Below are positions 47,735 through 57,689 of a stretch of DNA of 64,000 nt, in pieces. How positions within the stretch are numbered: position 1 is the stretch's first letter; every line of letters begins with the position of its first letter. Both the position numbers and the translations under genes were made by a program. The notes below the pieces were generated by a model. It worked only from the letters and a program-made list of their open reading frames with translations. It searched no databases and was not told the origin of the DNA. This DNA comes from Rickettsiales bacterium (GTDB lineage Bacteria > Pseudomonadota > Alphaproteobacteria > Rickettsiales > SXRF01), in NCBI GenBank assembly GCA_025464625.1, contig JAOAUZ010000001.1, positions 398,848-462,847 of the forward strand, written 5' to 3'.

Positions 47735-47917
47735 ATGCTTAGTTTGCCACATCTGCTGTTAGTTTTAGCGATTGTATTGCTTGTTTTTGGAACGAGGCTT
47801 CCAAAAGTTATGGGCGACATTGGTAAGGGAATCCGCTCGTTTCGTGAGGGGTTAAAGGGTGATGATGCCTCCAAAATCGAAGATAAAAATAAAGATCAAG
47901 ATAAGCGTGATAGCTAG
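47735..47917 (+). CDS. tatA: Sec-independent translocase TatA
   Basis: 60 aa. TM helix then FG..LP.....G..IR.F amphipathic helix. Confidence 0.85.
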   Translation: MLSLPHLLLVLAIVLLVFGTRLPKVMGDIGKGIRSFREGLKGDDASKIEDKNKDQDKRDS

Positions 47918-47925
47918 TCGTATAT

Positions 47926-48231
47926 ATGTTTGATCTTTCTCTTGCTGAAATTCTATTGGTTATTGTGGTAATCGTCGTGTTTATCCAACCGAAAGACTTG
48001 CCTGTGGTGGTGCGGGCAATAGCAAAATTCATCAAGACAATCCGCGATTTTAGTAATGACATCAGGAAAGCATTTGATGATATAGCCAAAGAAGCTGGGA
48101 TTGATGACGTTAAGGAAACTTTAGATGCGGAAATTAGGCTTATCAAAGGTGATGATGGAAAAATGTACGAGTCCTATCACATATCTCCACCAGAAAAAAA
48201 TGTGAAGAAACATGACGACGCAGAAGAATGA
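47926..48231 (+). CDS. tatB: Sec-independent translocase TatB
   Basis: MFDLSLAEILLVIVVIVVFIQPKDLP TatA/B-type N-terminus. Lies between tatA and tatC. Confidence 0.8.
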   Translation: MFDLSLAEILLVIVVIVVFIQPKDLPVVVRAIAKFIKTIRDFSNDIRKAFDDIAKEAGIDDVKETLDAEIRLIKGDDGKMYESYHISPPEKNVKKHDDAEE

Positions 48232-48985
48232 ACTTCACTCCCAGCCTCTGATTGAGCATTTGCGCGAGCTTAAAAAACGGCTTATTTATTGTCTGCTGGC
48301 ATTCTTTTTGGCGACAGGCATCAGCTATTATTTTGCAGAGGATATTTATAGCTTTCTGGTGCAGCCACTTGCTGATGCGTTTCCTGATTTAGAAAATCGT
48401 CGTTTGATTTACACCAGCCTTACTGAGGCTTTCCTGACTTATCTAAAACTCGCTGTTTTTGCTGGCTTTTTTGCTTCATTCCCTATTATCGCTACGCAGC
48501 TTTATCTATTCCTTGCTCCAGGTTTATATAAAAACGAACGGCGTACGCTAGTGCCATATCTTGTTGCTGCTCCAACATTATTTTTAATAGGGGCAGCCTT
48601 TGTGTATTACCTGATTTTTCCTGCGGCATGGCGGTTTTTCCTTGGCTTTGAATCGGCTGGTTTTGGCGGCGGTTTGCCAATTCAACTAGAACCAAAAGTC
48701 AGTGATTATTTGAGTCTTGTAATGCACCTTATGGTGGCTTTCGGGTTATCTTTTCAACTTCCTGTAGTGCTAATTTTATTGGTGCGTTCTGGCATAGTGG
48801 AACTGACAACCTTAAAAAACGGAAGGCGATACGCAATTGTGATGATTGTAACGGTTGCGGCTTTTATAACTCCGCCAGATATTTTTAGCCAGATAGCTCT
48901 TTCTGTCCCGCTTTATATGCTTTATGAAATTTCAATTTTATTCTGTAAAAACACAAGCAAAATAGAAGAAAAAGAAGAGGAATAA
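48212..48985 (+). CDS. tatC: Sec-independent translocase TatC
   Basis: PLIEHLRELKKRL start and a six-TM protein. Overlaps tatB by 20 nt. Confidence 0.9.
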   Translation: MTTQKNELHSQPLIEHLRELKKRLIYCLLAFFLATGISYYFAEDIYSFLVQPLADAFPDLENRRLIYTSLTEAFLTYLKLAVFAGFFASFPIIATQLYLFLAPGLYKNERRTLVPYLVAAPTLFLIGAAFVYYLIFPAAWRFFLGFESAGFGGGLPIQLEPKVSDYLSLVMHLMVAFGLSFQLPVVLILLVRSGIVELTTLKNGRRYAIVMIVTVAAFITPPDIFSQIALSVPLYMLYEISILFCKNTSKIEEKEEE

Positions 48986-48990
48986 ATTTT

Positions 48991-49779
48991 ATGCGTCTTT
49001 TTATCAGTTTATTGTTTATATCGGTTGTTTTTTCATACCAAGTTTTTGCGGATAATGGTTGCAGCTCTATTGTTGATAAAAAATGTGATTGGGAAAAATA
49101 CTTGATAATAGCCAATGATGTTGAGGTTAAAATTACTGTTCCTGAGAAACAGATTATTGATTATTCCATAAGAAAAACTTTGACCAATACAGCTTCCGAT
49201 TGTCCGCAAGGGAAGTGTATATGTGAGGAAATCGTTGGCTCTGTAGAGCTTATTGGAAAAGCTGATGGTTTGGAATTGATTAATGAACAAGAGAAGAACC
49301 GCTCAGAAGATTATCGTTGCAATATCACAAAAGTATACGGGCGACATAGACCACAATTTGTCTATGCTACACCTCAAATAGTTAGCATTGTATCCTACAA
49401 TCTAAATTATATTCGTGACGTTACAGAATCATGTCATGGTGAGCATCCATTTATTACCTATGACGCGCTGTTTGCTGGGAGATACCTACTAAAAGATATA
49501 ATTGCAGGAAATATATCGGCACTCAGTGATGCGTTAGTGGATGATTTTATTGTTCGTTATGCTAAACAAGATAGCGGAGATGTAGAGAATATAAGACAAT
49601 CTGTACAAAAATATATAAAAGAAAACCCACCAGAAAATTCTGGATTCGTCGTTGAAAATGGCAAAATATATGTAAACATTGGGGCTTTTATATTTGGTTG
49701 TTCTTCTGGTTCATTTTATCCTGTAGAAGTCCCAGAAAAATTTATTAATAAAGAGTTTTTGAGTAAGATAAAGAAGTAA
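48991..49779 (+). CDS. Hypothetical secreted Cys-rich protein
   Basis: Signal peptide [20 protein letters not shown] and ten cysteines. No family confidently recognised. Confidence 0.5.
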   Translation: MRLFISLLFISVVFSYQVFADNGCSSIVDKKCDWEKYLIIANDVEVKITVPEKQIIDYSIRKTLTNTASDCPQGKCICEEIVGSVELIGKADGLELINEQEKNRSEDYRCNITKVYGRHRPQFVYATPQIVSIVSYNLNYIRDVTESCHGEHPFITYDALFAGRYLLKDIIAGNISALSDALVDDFIVRYAKQDSGDVENIRQSVQKYIKENPPENSGFVVENGKIYVNIGAFIFGCSSGSFYPVEVPEKFINKEFLSKIKK

Positions 49780-49784
49780 AAAAT

Positions 49785-51050
49785 ATGCACGATATTAAGT
49801 TTATAAGAAATAATCCTGAAGCGTTTGATGCTGGTTTGATTAGGCGAGGGCTTACACCTCTTTCTGCCGAAATTTTGAAGTTGGACGAAGAAAAGCGCAA
49901 AAGCCAAACCGCGTTGCAGGATCTTCTCGCTAAGCGCAACGGTTTTGCCAAAGCTATTGGTGAAGCAAAAAAAACAGGGGCAGATACTACCGCTATTATG
50001 GCGGAAGCCAAACAGGTGAATGATGAAATTGCTAGGTTGGAAGGCTCACTTGCTGGGCGTGGCGCGCTGGAAGAGATGTTGGAAACTATTCCAAACTTGC
50101 CTGCTGCTGATGTTCCTGATGGTGAGGATGAAAAAGGCAATGTGGTAGTTCGTGTTGTTGGAGATAAACCGCAAATTAATTTTATACCTAAGGCTCATGA
50201 TGAACTTGGTGTTAATCTTGGGCTGATGGATTTTGACGCTGCTGCCAAACTTTCTGGCGCACGTTTTGTGGTGCTGAAAGGCGCGCTGGCAAAAATGGAG
50301 AGGGCGTTAGCAAACTTCATGCTGGATATTCACACCAATGAATTTGGCTATACCGAACATGTGCCGCCGTTTCTGGTGAAAGACAATGCAATGTATGGCA
50401 CTGGGCAATTGCCGAAGTTTGCTGAAGATTTATTCAAAACGGAAAATGGATTCTGGCTAATTCCCACTGCCGAAGTTCCACTTACCAACCTAGTTGCGGA
50501 TAGCATTATTGATGCGGAAAAACTGCCAATTCGTATGACGGCTTATACACCTTGCTTCCGCTCAGAAGCTGGGGCTGCTGGCAAAGATACACGGGGCATG
50601 GTTCGCCAGCATCAATTCTCTAAAGTGGAGCTGGTTAGCGTTGTGGCTGCTGATAAATCTGGGGAAGAACATGAACGGATGACAGCATGTGCAGAAGAGA
50701 TTCTAAAACGCTTAGGGCTTCATTACCGTGTGATGTTGCTCTGCACTGGAGATATGGGGTTTGGCGCGCAGAAGACTTATGATCTGGAAGTGTGGCTGCC
50801 TGCACAAAATACCTTCCGCGAGATTTCTAGCTGCTCCAATTGCGGAGCGTTCCAAGCTCGGCGTATGAAAGCCCGAAGCAAGGCGAAAGGTGCTAAGGAA
50901 ACTGAATTTGTACATACTCTCAACGGCTCTGGTCTTGCCATTGGTCGCACTATGGTGGCGATATTGGAGAATTACCAGAATGCAGACGGTAGTATAACTG
51001 TTCCTGAAGCACTGCGACCTTATATGAATGGCTTAAGGCTTGTGGCTTAG
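49785..51050 (+). CDS. serS: Serine--tRNA ligase
   Basis: N-terminal coiled-coil arm and class II motifs ([15 protein letters not shown]). The last 7 codons lie inside the left inverted repeat. Confidence 0.93.
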   Translation: MHDIKFIRNNPEAFDAGLIRRGLTPLSAEILKLDEEKRKSQTALQDLLAKRNGFAKAIGEAKKTGADTTAIMAEAKQVNDEIARLEGSLAGRGALEEMLETIPNLPAADVPDGEDEKGNVVVRVVGDKPQINFIPKAHDELGVNLGLMDFDAAAKLSGARFVVLKGALAKMERALANFMLDIHTNEFGYTEHVPPFLVKDNAMYGTGQLPKFAEDLFKTENGFWLIPTAEVPLTNLVADSIIDAEKLPIRMTAYTPCFRSEAGAAGKDTRGMVRQHQFSKVELVSVVAADKSGEEHERMTACAEEILKRLGLHYRVMLLCTGDMGFGAQKTYDLEVWLPAQNTFREISSCSNCGAFQARRMKARSKAKGAKETEFVHTLNGSGLAIGRTMVAILENYQNADGSITVPEALRPYMNGLRLVA

Positions 51051-51475
51051 GGCTTAAGGAGATTAGAATGGAAGTGCAAAGCTACAAAGATTTAAGGGTA
51101 TGGAAGCAGGCTCGTGTTTTTGTAAAAACAGTTTATTTAATAACCAAAAAATTTTCTAAAGAAGAAATGTTTTCATTAACTTCGCAAATCAGAAGGTCAG
51201 CTATCTCTATCCCCTCCAACATAGCTGAAGGATATTCTAGGCACGGGTTAAAAGATTATATAAATTTTGTATCTATTGCTTTTGGCTCCGCTGCGGAATT
51301 GGAGACACAATTATTACTAGCTTCTGATCTCGGCTACATCACTATAGAAGAATGCGATGATTTATTGCAAGAATTATTACATATACAAAAAATGATCTAT
51401 AAATTACATGATTCTCTGAAAGCAAAATTATAATTATGTCATCTAACTTAAGCCCTAAGCCACAAGCCATAAGCC
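51030..51475. mobile_element. Candidate inserted cassette: four-helix-bundle gene bracketed by a 29-bp inverted repeat
   Basis: Left arm 51030-51058 is ggcttaaggcttgtggcttagggcttaag. Right arm 51447-51475 is cttaagccctaagccacaagccataagcc. 28 of 29 positions are complementary. It interrupts the serS-surE junction. Confidence 0.45.
51068..51433 (+). CDS. Four-helix-bundle protein (23S rRNA intervening-sequence protein / Avd-like family)
   Basis: YKDLRVWKxA, SQIRRSAISIPSNIAEGYSR and GSAAELETQL are the hallmark blocks of this family. Confidence 0.85.
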   Translation: MEVQSYKDLRVWKQARVFVKTVYLITKKFSKEEMFSLTSQIRRSAISIPSNIAEGYSRHGLKDYINFVSIAFGSAAELETQLLLASDLGYITIEECDDLLQELLHIQKMIYKLHDSLKAKL

Positions 51476-52239
51476 ATAATTCGCCTAGAATTTTAATCAC
51501 TAACGATGACGGCATAAACGCCGAAGGGCTAAAAGTGTTGGAGCGTATTGCGCGTGCTATTTCTGACGATGTATGGGTTGTTGCACCTGAAACTGAGCAG
51601 AGTGGCGCGGCACATTCGCTTACCTTGCATCTTCCAGTGCGTGTAAGGAAAATTGATGCCAAGCGTTATGCCGTAAGTGGAACGCCGACAGATTGTGTTC
51701 TGCTTGCGCTTAAAGAAATAATACCAGTCAAGAAAAAGCCTGTAACTCTTGTTCTTTCTGGGGTTAATTATGGCTCCAACGTTGGCGATGATGTCACCTA
51801 TTCAGGAACAATTGCAGCAGCTATGGAAGGAACTATTCTTAATGTGCCGTCAATTGCCATTAGTTTGCTTTGCAATGGCTCGGAAAAACTTCATTGGGAC
51901 ATGGCAGAGAAAAAAGCACCAGCATTAATAAAAAAACTTGTTGAAATTGGATGGGCTGATAACACCCTTATAAATATGAATTTTCCTGATTGTGCTGCAA
52001 GCAAAGTGCGTGGGGTCAAAGTCTGCTCGCAAGGAAAGCGCATTGTAAATATCAAGCTTAGTGAAAGAGCAGACCCAAAAGGGCGACCATATTTCTGGCT
52101 GGGTGGTGAGCGTGATAACACCCCTGAAAAAACAGGTGTGGATATTGATTATCTGCATAATAACTATATCACCATCACTCCTATTGGTATGGATCTCACC
52201 GACTATAAATCCATGAAAAAAATTGCTGAAGTTTTTTAA
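51436..52239 (+). CDS. surE: 5'/3'-nucleotidase SurE, with a 16-aa N-terminal extension encoded by the right inverted repeat
   Basis: RILITNDDGINAEG and SGVNYGSNVGDDVTYSGT. No in-frame ATG, GTG or TTG lies between 51436 and the conserved RILITNDDG. Confidence 0.9.
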   Translation: MSSNLSPKPQAISHNSPRILITNDDGINAEGLKVLERIARAISDDVWVVAPETEQSGAAHSLTLHLPVRVRKIDAKRYAVSGTPTDCVLLALKEIIPVKKKPVTLVLSGVNYGSNVGDDVTYSGTIAAAMEGTILNVPSIAISLLCNGSEKLHWDMAEKKAPALIKKLVEIGWADNTLINMNFPDCAASKVRGVKVCSQGKRIVNIKLSERADPKGRPYFWLGGERDNTPEKTGVDIDYLHNNYITITPIGMDLTDYKSMKKIAEVF

Positions 52240-52262
52240 TTAAGAATTAATTATTTTTTGCT

Positions 52263-52967
52263 ATGTCATATTGTGTGAATAAGACAAAAAAATCTCGTGA
52301 AGTTTTTCATTCTACGCCAACCATTCCAGTGGCGGTTGATGATGTTTCTGACCGTATACGCCTGCTTATGAAGCTCCGTAATTGTGGCATCCATGATCGG
52401 GCGGTTCTTTCCGCCATGGAGGCTATTCCTCGTGAATTGTTTGTCGAAGAAATTTTCCGTGAACATGCTTATGATGACACCGCTTTGCCGATTGCTCTAG
52501 GGCAAACAATTAGTCAGCCGACAATAGTGGCAAAGATGACGGTAGCACTAGACGTTCATCCGAGAATGAGTGTATTGGAAATTGGAACTGGTTCTGGTTA
52601 TCAGGCGGCAGTGCTTGCAAAATTAGCACGCAGGGTATACACTATCGAGCGTCACCGCGACTTATTGGCTTCTGCCGAACAAAGGTTTTTGCAGTTACGC
52701 CTTACTAATATAGTTACCAAGCGTGGTGATGGTTCAAAAGGTTGGAAAGAAGCAGCACCTTTCGAGCGCATTATAGTTACCGCTGCTGCGAATGATATTC
52801 CAGCAATATTGGTTGATCAGTTGGCTGCTGGTGGTGTAATGGTGTTGCCAGTTGGTGATAATATTGCAGAACAAAAATTATTGCGCATCACTAAAGATGC
52901 GGATGGAAAAGTTACGACAGAATCTTTGATGGGAGTGCGCTTTGTTCCGCTTGTCGAAGAAAAATAG
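52263..52967 (+). CDS. pcm: Protein-L-isoaspartate O-methyltransferase
   Basis: TISQPTIVAKM and EIGTGSGYQAAVLA motifs. Confidence 0.88.
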   Translation: MSYCVNKTKKSREVFHSTPTIPVAVDDVSDRIRLLMKLRNCGIHDRAVLSAMEAIPRELFVEEIFREHAYDDTALPIALGQTISQPTIVAKMTVALDVHPRMSVLEIGTGSGYQAAVLAKLARRVYTIERHRDLLASAEQRFLQLRLTNIVTKRGDGSKGWKEAAPFERIIVTAAANDIPAILVDQLAAGGVMVLPVGDNIAEQKLLRITKDADGKVTTESLMGVRFVPLVEEK

Positions 52968-52984
52968 AATATTAGAGGTTAGAT

Positions 52985-53902
52985 ATGTTAAAAAATAATC
53001 AGAGTATCGGCATATTTGCCTTGTTTTTTGTTTCAGCTTGCACCCAACCGCCAGCACAGATTGAGATGAAAGGGCAACAGAGTTTCTCACGCGGCAGCCA
53101 GTCTTCTTATAGCTCGCCTAGCTCAAGCTATAGCTCTTCTGGTTCGAGTTATGGCTCGTCGTCCTCATATAGTGATTCGTCTTATAGCGCGCCTGTATCA
53201 CAGGCTACGGAGCAGAACGCATCTGTTAGCTCCATAGGCATTAGCGATTTAGCACCACCAACAGAATCACCAAAACCACTAATTAAACCCGCGCCAGCTC
53301 ATTCTGATTCAGATTCTAATGTTATAGGCAAACAAAAAACAACGGTGAATCCATGGACGAATAGACCGCGCAGTGCCAACGAACCAAAGGACTTAGAGGT
53401 AAAACAAAAAGCAATGGTTGCTAAAACCGAAGAGAAAGTTAAACCAGAGAAAGTTGAAGAAACTGCACAAGTCGAACATAAAACTGAACCAGCGAAAACT
53501 AAAAACTCTGCGGAGCTTAAATGGCCAGTTGCCAGCAAAAGAGTGCTTTCTTCCTTTGGCTCAAAGGGTGAGGGAAAGGCAAATGACGGAATTAATATTG
53601 CAGCCAGCAATGGTGACCCAGTGTGGGCAGCAGCCGATGGGCAGGTGGTGTATGTCAGCAATGAGATGAGAGGGTTTGGCAATATGGTGTTTATCAAACA
53701 TAGTGGCAGCAGAACCACGAGCTATGCCCATTTGAGCCATGTTAATGTTGATAAATATGACAGGGTAAAAAAAGGTGATGTTATTGGCTATGTTGGTTCA
53801 ACTGGTAATGTTAAAACTCCGCAGCTTTTCTTCTCACTTCACAAAGGTAAGGAAGCAATAGATCCACAAAAATATATAAATAGTGAAATGGCTGGATTGT
53901 AG
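52985..53902 (+). CDS. nlpD: M23-family peptidase lipoprotein (NlpD/LppB-like) with a Ser/Tyr-rich linker
   Basis: Lipobox FVSAC. C-terminal M23 domain (GINIAA..GDPVWAAADGQVVY, SYAHLS, GSTGNVKTPQLFFSLH). Confidence 0.8.
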   Translation: MLKNNQSIGIFALFFVSACTQPPAQIEMKGQQSFSRGSQSSYSSPSSSYSSSGSSYGSSSSYSDSSYSAPVSQATEQNASVSSIGISDLAPPTESPKPLIKPAPAHSDSDSNVIGKQKTTVNPWTNRPRSANEPKDLEVKQKAMVAKTEEKVKPEKVEETAQVEHKTEPAKTKNSAELKWPVASKRVLSSFGSKGEGKANDGINIAASNGDPVWAAADGQVVYVSNEMRGFGNMVFIKHSGSRTTSYAHLSHVNVDKYDRVKKGDVIGYVGSTGNVKTPQLFFSLHKGKEAIDPQKYINSEMAGL

Positions 53903-53910
53903 AATAAATA

Positions 53911-54411
53911 TCAAACCAATGTAGAAAGCTGCTGATCTGTTAAATTACCTGGCACCATTAATATTGGAATATGTAGAGTGTTGTTTAATTGGCTAGTTAG
54001 CCATGCAGAGAGTTTTCCGATCCCAGCATGCTGATGTTGGGTAATGCCCAGAACCAGTATGATTATGTTTGGGTCGTTCATAGCGGTTTCAACAATTTTA
54101 TCACCAGCCGAACCTTCCAATAATAACAATGTCGGAGTTATACCAAAATTTTCCTGCGCTTCTTTACTTAAGCTCTCCAGTAATTCCTCTCCTTCACGCA
54201 TACGTTCAGCACGCATACGCTCAGAAATAGAGCCAAGTGTTTGGAAATCAACAGGCGGGACAACATGCAATAATGTTATATGCCCTGTTCTAGCCTGCAC
54301 CTTCATACATGCCAGACGCAAGGCAACACGACATTCTTTTCGTCCGTCAACGCATACTAAATATCTTCGGTTACTTGCTGCTTGTGCTGTAGTTGGCGCA
54401 TTATCAATCAT
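53911..54411 (-). CDS. Universal stress protein family
   Basis: Usp-like alpha/beta pattern: YLVCVDG...LLHV...VLG...PILMVP. Confidence 0.7.
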   Translation of the reverse strand: MIDNAPTTAQAASNRRYLVCVDGRKECRVALRLACMKVQARTGHITLLHVVPPVDFQTLGSISERMRAERMREGEELLESLSKEAQENFGITPTLLLLEGSAGDKIVETAMNDPNIIILVLGITQHQHAGIGKLSAWLTSQLNNTLHIPILMVPGNLTDQQLSTLV

Positions 54412-54437
54412 ATATATAACTCCTTTTATGTAACACT

Positions 54438-55169
54438 TTAAGCTCTGGCTTCAAACAGTCGCCCAGCTAACCAGCCAGCCGATAGCGCTAAAATAACTGC
54501 TGACAAACCATAAAGTGCTGGTGATTCATGTGCATAATTATAGATAAAAGCATCAATCCCGCTTTTTACCACACTTATAGGTGTTGACTGCATTCCAACT
54601 ATTTCACCATCACTTATAAGATATATTTCTGCTGTATATTCACCAGACGGAATATTATCAGAAAATTCTATAACGGTTTTAAATAATGTTTCACCCATAA
54701 AACTGATATTATCAGGCGTTGTGTTGTAGAGACGATTACTGCGCTGATAATCTAAAAAAGCAGTTCCGAATTCATTTATCTTTTCTGGCGTGCCGCCGCT
54801 TGATGAGTTTATCAGAAGGTTATTCTCACCAATACCGAGCTGAGAAAAAAGTGCTTTCTGGTTTATTTCGGATAATGGCTTACTGCTGGCTATAGTATAA
54901 AAATTTGGCACATCATAAAATTTCATGCGTTCGCGGTTTATCCAGACACCAGCGAATTTTTCTCTTTTGCGAACGATATAGTTTTTGTTCGCTCCACGAA
55001 CTACCACAACAACATCACCGCTATCGTTGCGTACCCCAAACAGGAATAAACGTGTGCCGTTAAATCCAGAGTCCATTGCAATACGATAATTAGATAAATC
55101 AGCGACAAGGGGTGCCGCCTGCGCTGGAATAGATATAAGCAATAAACAAAAAAGCAGTATTTTATTCAT
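54438..55169 (-). CDS. Alph_Pro_TM / TIGR02186-like protein (signal peptide plus C-terminal TM)
   Basis: Architecture and position immediately downstream of a TauE/SafE permease match my memory of this alphaproteobacterial family. Not verified by search. Confidence 0.5.
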   Translation of the reverse strand: MNKILLFCLLLISIPAQAAPLVADLSNYRIAMDSGFNGTRLFLFGVRNDSGDVVVVVRGANKNYIVRKREKFAGVWINRERMKFYDVPNFYTIASSKPLSEINQKALFSQLGIGENNLLINSSSGGTPEKINEFGTAFLDYQRSNRLYNTTPDNISFMGETLFKTVIEFSDNIPSGEYTAEIYLISDGEIVGMQSTPISVVKSGIDAFIYNYAHESPALYGLSAVILALSAGWLAGRLFEARA

Positions 55170-56070
55170 CCAATATACTCACACTGTAAATATTATCTGG
55201 CGGAGTAAATAAAACAAATGCAAGTTTAATAGCCACTCCCAGCACAATGGTGGCGAGCATAGCCCGCAAGTAATCGGCTGGTAATTTATCACCTATGCGA
55301 ATACCGATTTGTACACCAAAAACAGAGCCAGTAAGTAGTAATAGAGCAAGAAGAACATCCACTGTTTGTGTTGTTATAGCCTGCAAGATTGTAACATTAG
55401 CGGTAATAAAAATAATTTGTAACAGAGACGTTCCAATAACAATATTAGTTGGCATACCCAGCAAATAGATCATCGCGGGAATAAGAAAAAAACCTCCGCC
55501 TATTCCCATGAGTGATACCATAACTCCCACAAATAAACCTATGAGCAATGGCATTATGATGCTTAAATCTCGTTTGGAACGAGGAAAATGAACTTTAAAT
55601 GGCAGGCGTTCAGCAAGTGGGGGGCGAATATCAGGTGTATATTTTTTAGAAATTTTTAGTATAGAACGGATGCTTTCAGCAGCCATCATTGACCCAATAA
55701 TTCCTAGAAAAGTTACATATGAAATAGAAATAATAAGATCTATATGACCAATTTGTTTAAGCCAGCGAAACATTATAACGCCAAGGGTAGAGCCAACAAT
55801 ACCACCCGCGAGCAAATATCCACCCATCTTAAAATCAACATTTTCACGTCGCCAATGGGCGAGGAATCCAGATACTGATGAAGCTATAATCTGATTAGCA
55901 ACGGTAGATACGGATACACTAGGTGGGACTCCCATAAAAATTAGTAGCGGTGTCATTAAAAAACCCCCACCAACGCCAAACAGACCAGATAATATTCCCG
56001 TAACTCCTCCCAGAGCGAGTATTACAAAGATGTTTACAGATATTTCAGCAATTGGTAGGTAAATATTCAT
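55162..56070 (-). CDS. TauE/SafE family anion exporter
   Basis: Eight TM helices with a duplicated GxGGG(F)xxxP motif (GVGGGFLMTPLL and GIGGGFFLIPAM). Confidence 0.8.
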   Translation of the reverse strand: MNIYLPIAEISVNIFVILALGGVTGILSGLFGVGGGFLMTPLLIFMGVPPSVSVSTVANQIIASSVSGFLAHWRRENVDFKMGGYLLAGGIVGSTLGVIMFRWLKQIGHIDLIISISYVTFLGIIGSMMAAESIRSILKISKKYTPDIRPPLAERLPFKVHFPRSKRDLSIIMPLLIGLFVGVMVSLMGIGGGFFLIPAMIYLLGMPTNIVIGTSLLQIIFITANVTILQAITTQTVDVLLALLLLTGSVFGVQIGIRIGDKLPADYLRAMLATIVLGVAIKLAFVLFTPPDNIYSVSILDE

Positions 56071-56666
56071 TATCTATTTGTAAAGTTAACGTAATTTCCC
56101 ATGTAACTCAGCATGTTCTGTTCTAGCTTATCATTCATCATTTTCATCATATCCTGAATCATCTGAACATAAGCCGCTTTACGAGAATCAGCACTAGCAT
56201 TTTCAGGAATGGTAATACTGCGTGTTACTATAACAGATGTATCTGCTTCTGATAATGCCGCACCACCATAAATCTTCATTTCCACTTCAAGGCGGGCATC
56301 GTATTTTTTATCCTGATCCACGGTGAACAAGCCTTTTACCCCTTTTGTTTTTGGCAAATCGCTGACGGTTACAGGGGCATCAACAATGGTAATTTGCAGT
56401 AATTTATCTGAACCAACAGCACGCAACCTATCCTTCACCCATATATTCATCGCATCAGCAGGTGAATATGGCATCAAATGCTCAATATTCGGGGTTCTAA
56501 ATGGAGATTTATAAGACTCAACCACTTCAATACTGGCAACATTAACATTAATCACAGGTGCTTTGGTAAAGTTTATTTCCTGAAGCTGTGGTGGCGTTAC
56601 GGCAGCGCAGGCGGAAATGCACACTAGAGCAGCGAAAGAAAAAAATAAATTTTTAAGTTTAGTCAT
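56070..56666 (-). CDS. Hypothetical lipoprotein
   Basis: Lipobox LVCISAC. The stop overlaps the tauE-like start by 1 nt. Confidence 0.5.
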   Translation of the reverse strand: MTKLKNLFFSFAALVCISACAAVTPPQLQEINFTKAPVINVNVASIEVVESYKSPFRTPNIEHLMPYSPADAMNIWVKDRLRAVGSDKLLQITIVDAPVTVSDLPKTKGVKGLFTVDQDKKYDARLEVEMKIYGGAALSEADTSVIVTRSITIPENASADSRKAAYVQMIQDMMKMMNDKLEQNMLSYMGNYVNFTNR

Positions 56667-56685
56667 TTTATTTTTCCTACAAATT

Positions 56686-57672
56686 TTAATTTTTGTTTGT
56701 CAAAATAGATGGATATTCCGTGCGCCCCCCACGAATTTCTTCTGCAAAATAGAGTGGGCGGTGTTTGCTTTCGCGCAAGATGCGGCTGATATATTCAGAA
56801 ATAACTGCTAGAAAGGCAAACAATAGACAAAACAGGGTGCTTATTAACACGACAAGCGATGTCCAACCATTAGCAATTGAGGCTGTATTGCCAGCTATTA
56901 TTTTATAAATTATTACAAATATAGTTAGCAAAAACGCTGATGCAGATATTCCTAGGCACATAAGTGAAATATAGCGTAACGGTTTATCCGAAAAAGATAT
57001 AATTGCATCAAATGCCGCTTCTATCAGGCGCGGATAATTATATTTCGTTTCACCAGCAAAACGTGGCTCACGTTCATATAGCACGGTGGCGTTTCTAAAC
57101 CCAACATAAGCATAAATCATTTTCATATAGCGTACATTGTCTTTTACACTGATAACAGCATCAACAACTTTTCTACGCATGGCACGATAATCCCCAACGG
57201 TGTCAGGTATATGGAAACCCGTCATGTGTGATGCTAATCTATAAAATAGTTTTGAGGTGGATTTTTTAATCCAAGTTTCTTTTTTGCGAACTGTATGTTG
57301 TGCAGACACAATATCATAGCCAGCGTCCAATTTTTCTAAAAGTAATGGAATTAGGGAAGGTGGATCCTGTAAATCAGAATCAAGCATTACAACAATCTCA
57401 CCTTTTGATTGTTCAAGACCAGCGGTAACTGCTGCTTCTTTACCAAAATTTCTAGAGAAACGAATAAGCCTAATGCTTGGGTTTTTGCGTTGATATTCTG
57501 CAATTTTTTCTACTGTCGCATCTTTAGAGCCATCATCGACCAGCAGCAATTCATAATTCTGAAAATGTTTTTCCAAAACTTCTACAGTGCGGTTAATGAA
57601 TTCACCAATAACAGCCTCTTCATTATAACAAGGGGCCACGACAGAAAGTAGAATATCTTTATGTATCGTCAT
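56686..57672 (-). CDS. Family 2 glycosyltransferase of the polyprenyl-phosphate type (ArnC/GtrB/DPM1-like)
   Basis: VVAPCYNEE, LVDDGSKD and DSDLQDPP motifs, plus two C-terminal TM helices. Confidence 0.85.
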   Translation of the reverse strand: MTIHKDILLSVVAPCYNEEAVIGEFINRTVEVLEKHFQNYELLLVDDGSKDATVEKIAEYQRKNPSIRLIRFSRNFGKEAAVTAGLEQSKGEIVVMLDSDLQDPPSLIPLLLEKLDAGYDIVSAQHTVRKKETWIKKSTSKLFYRLASHMTGFHIPDTVGDYRAMRRKVVDAVISVKDNVRYMKMIYAYVGFRNATVLYEREPRFAGETKYNYPRLIEAAFDAIISFSDKPLRYISLMCLGISASAFLLTIFVIIYKIIAGNTASIANGWTSLVVLISTLFCLLFAFLAVISEYISRILRESKHRPLYFAEEIRGGRTEYPSILTNKN

Positions 57673-57689
57673 TAAAAACCTATCTAAGT

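Noticed and set aside
51068-51433. Four-helix-bundle gene considered as the Avd component of a diversity-generating retroelement.
   Set aside because: I see no reverse transcriptase ORF and no template/variable repeat pair anywhere in the window. The family is also found without DGRs.
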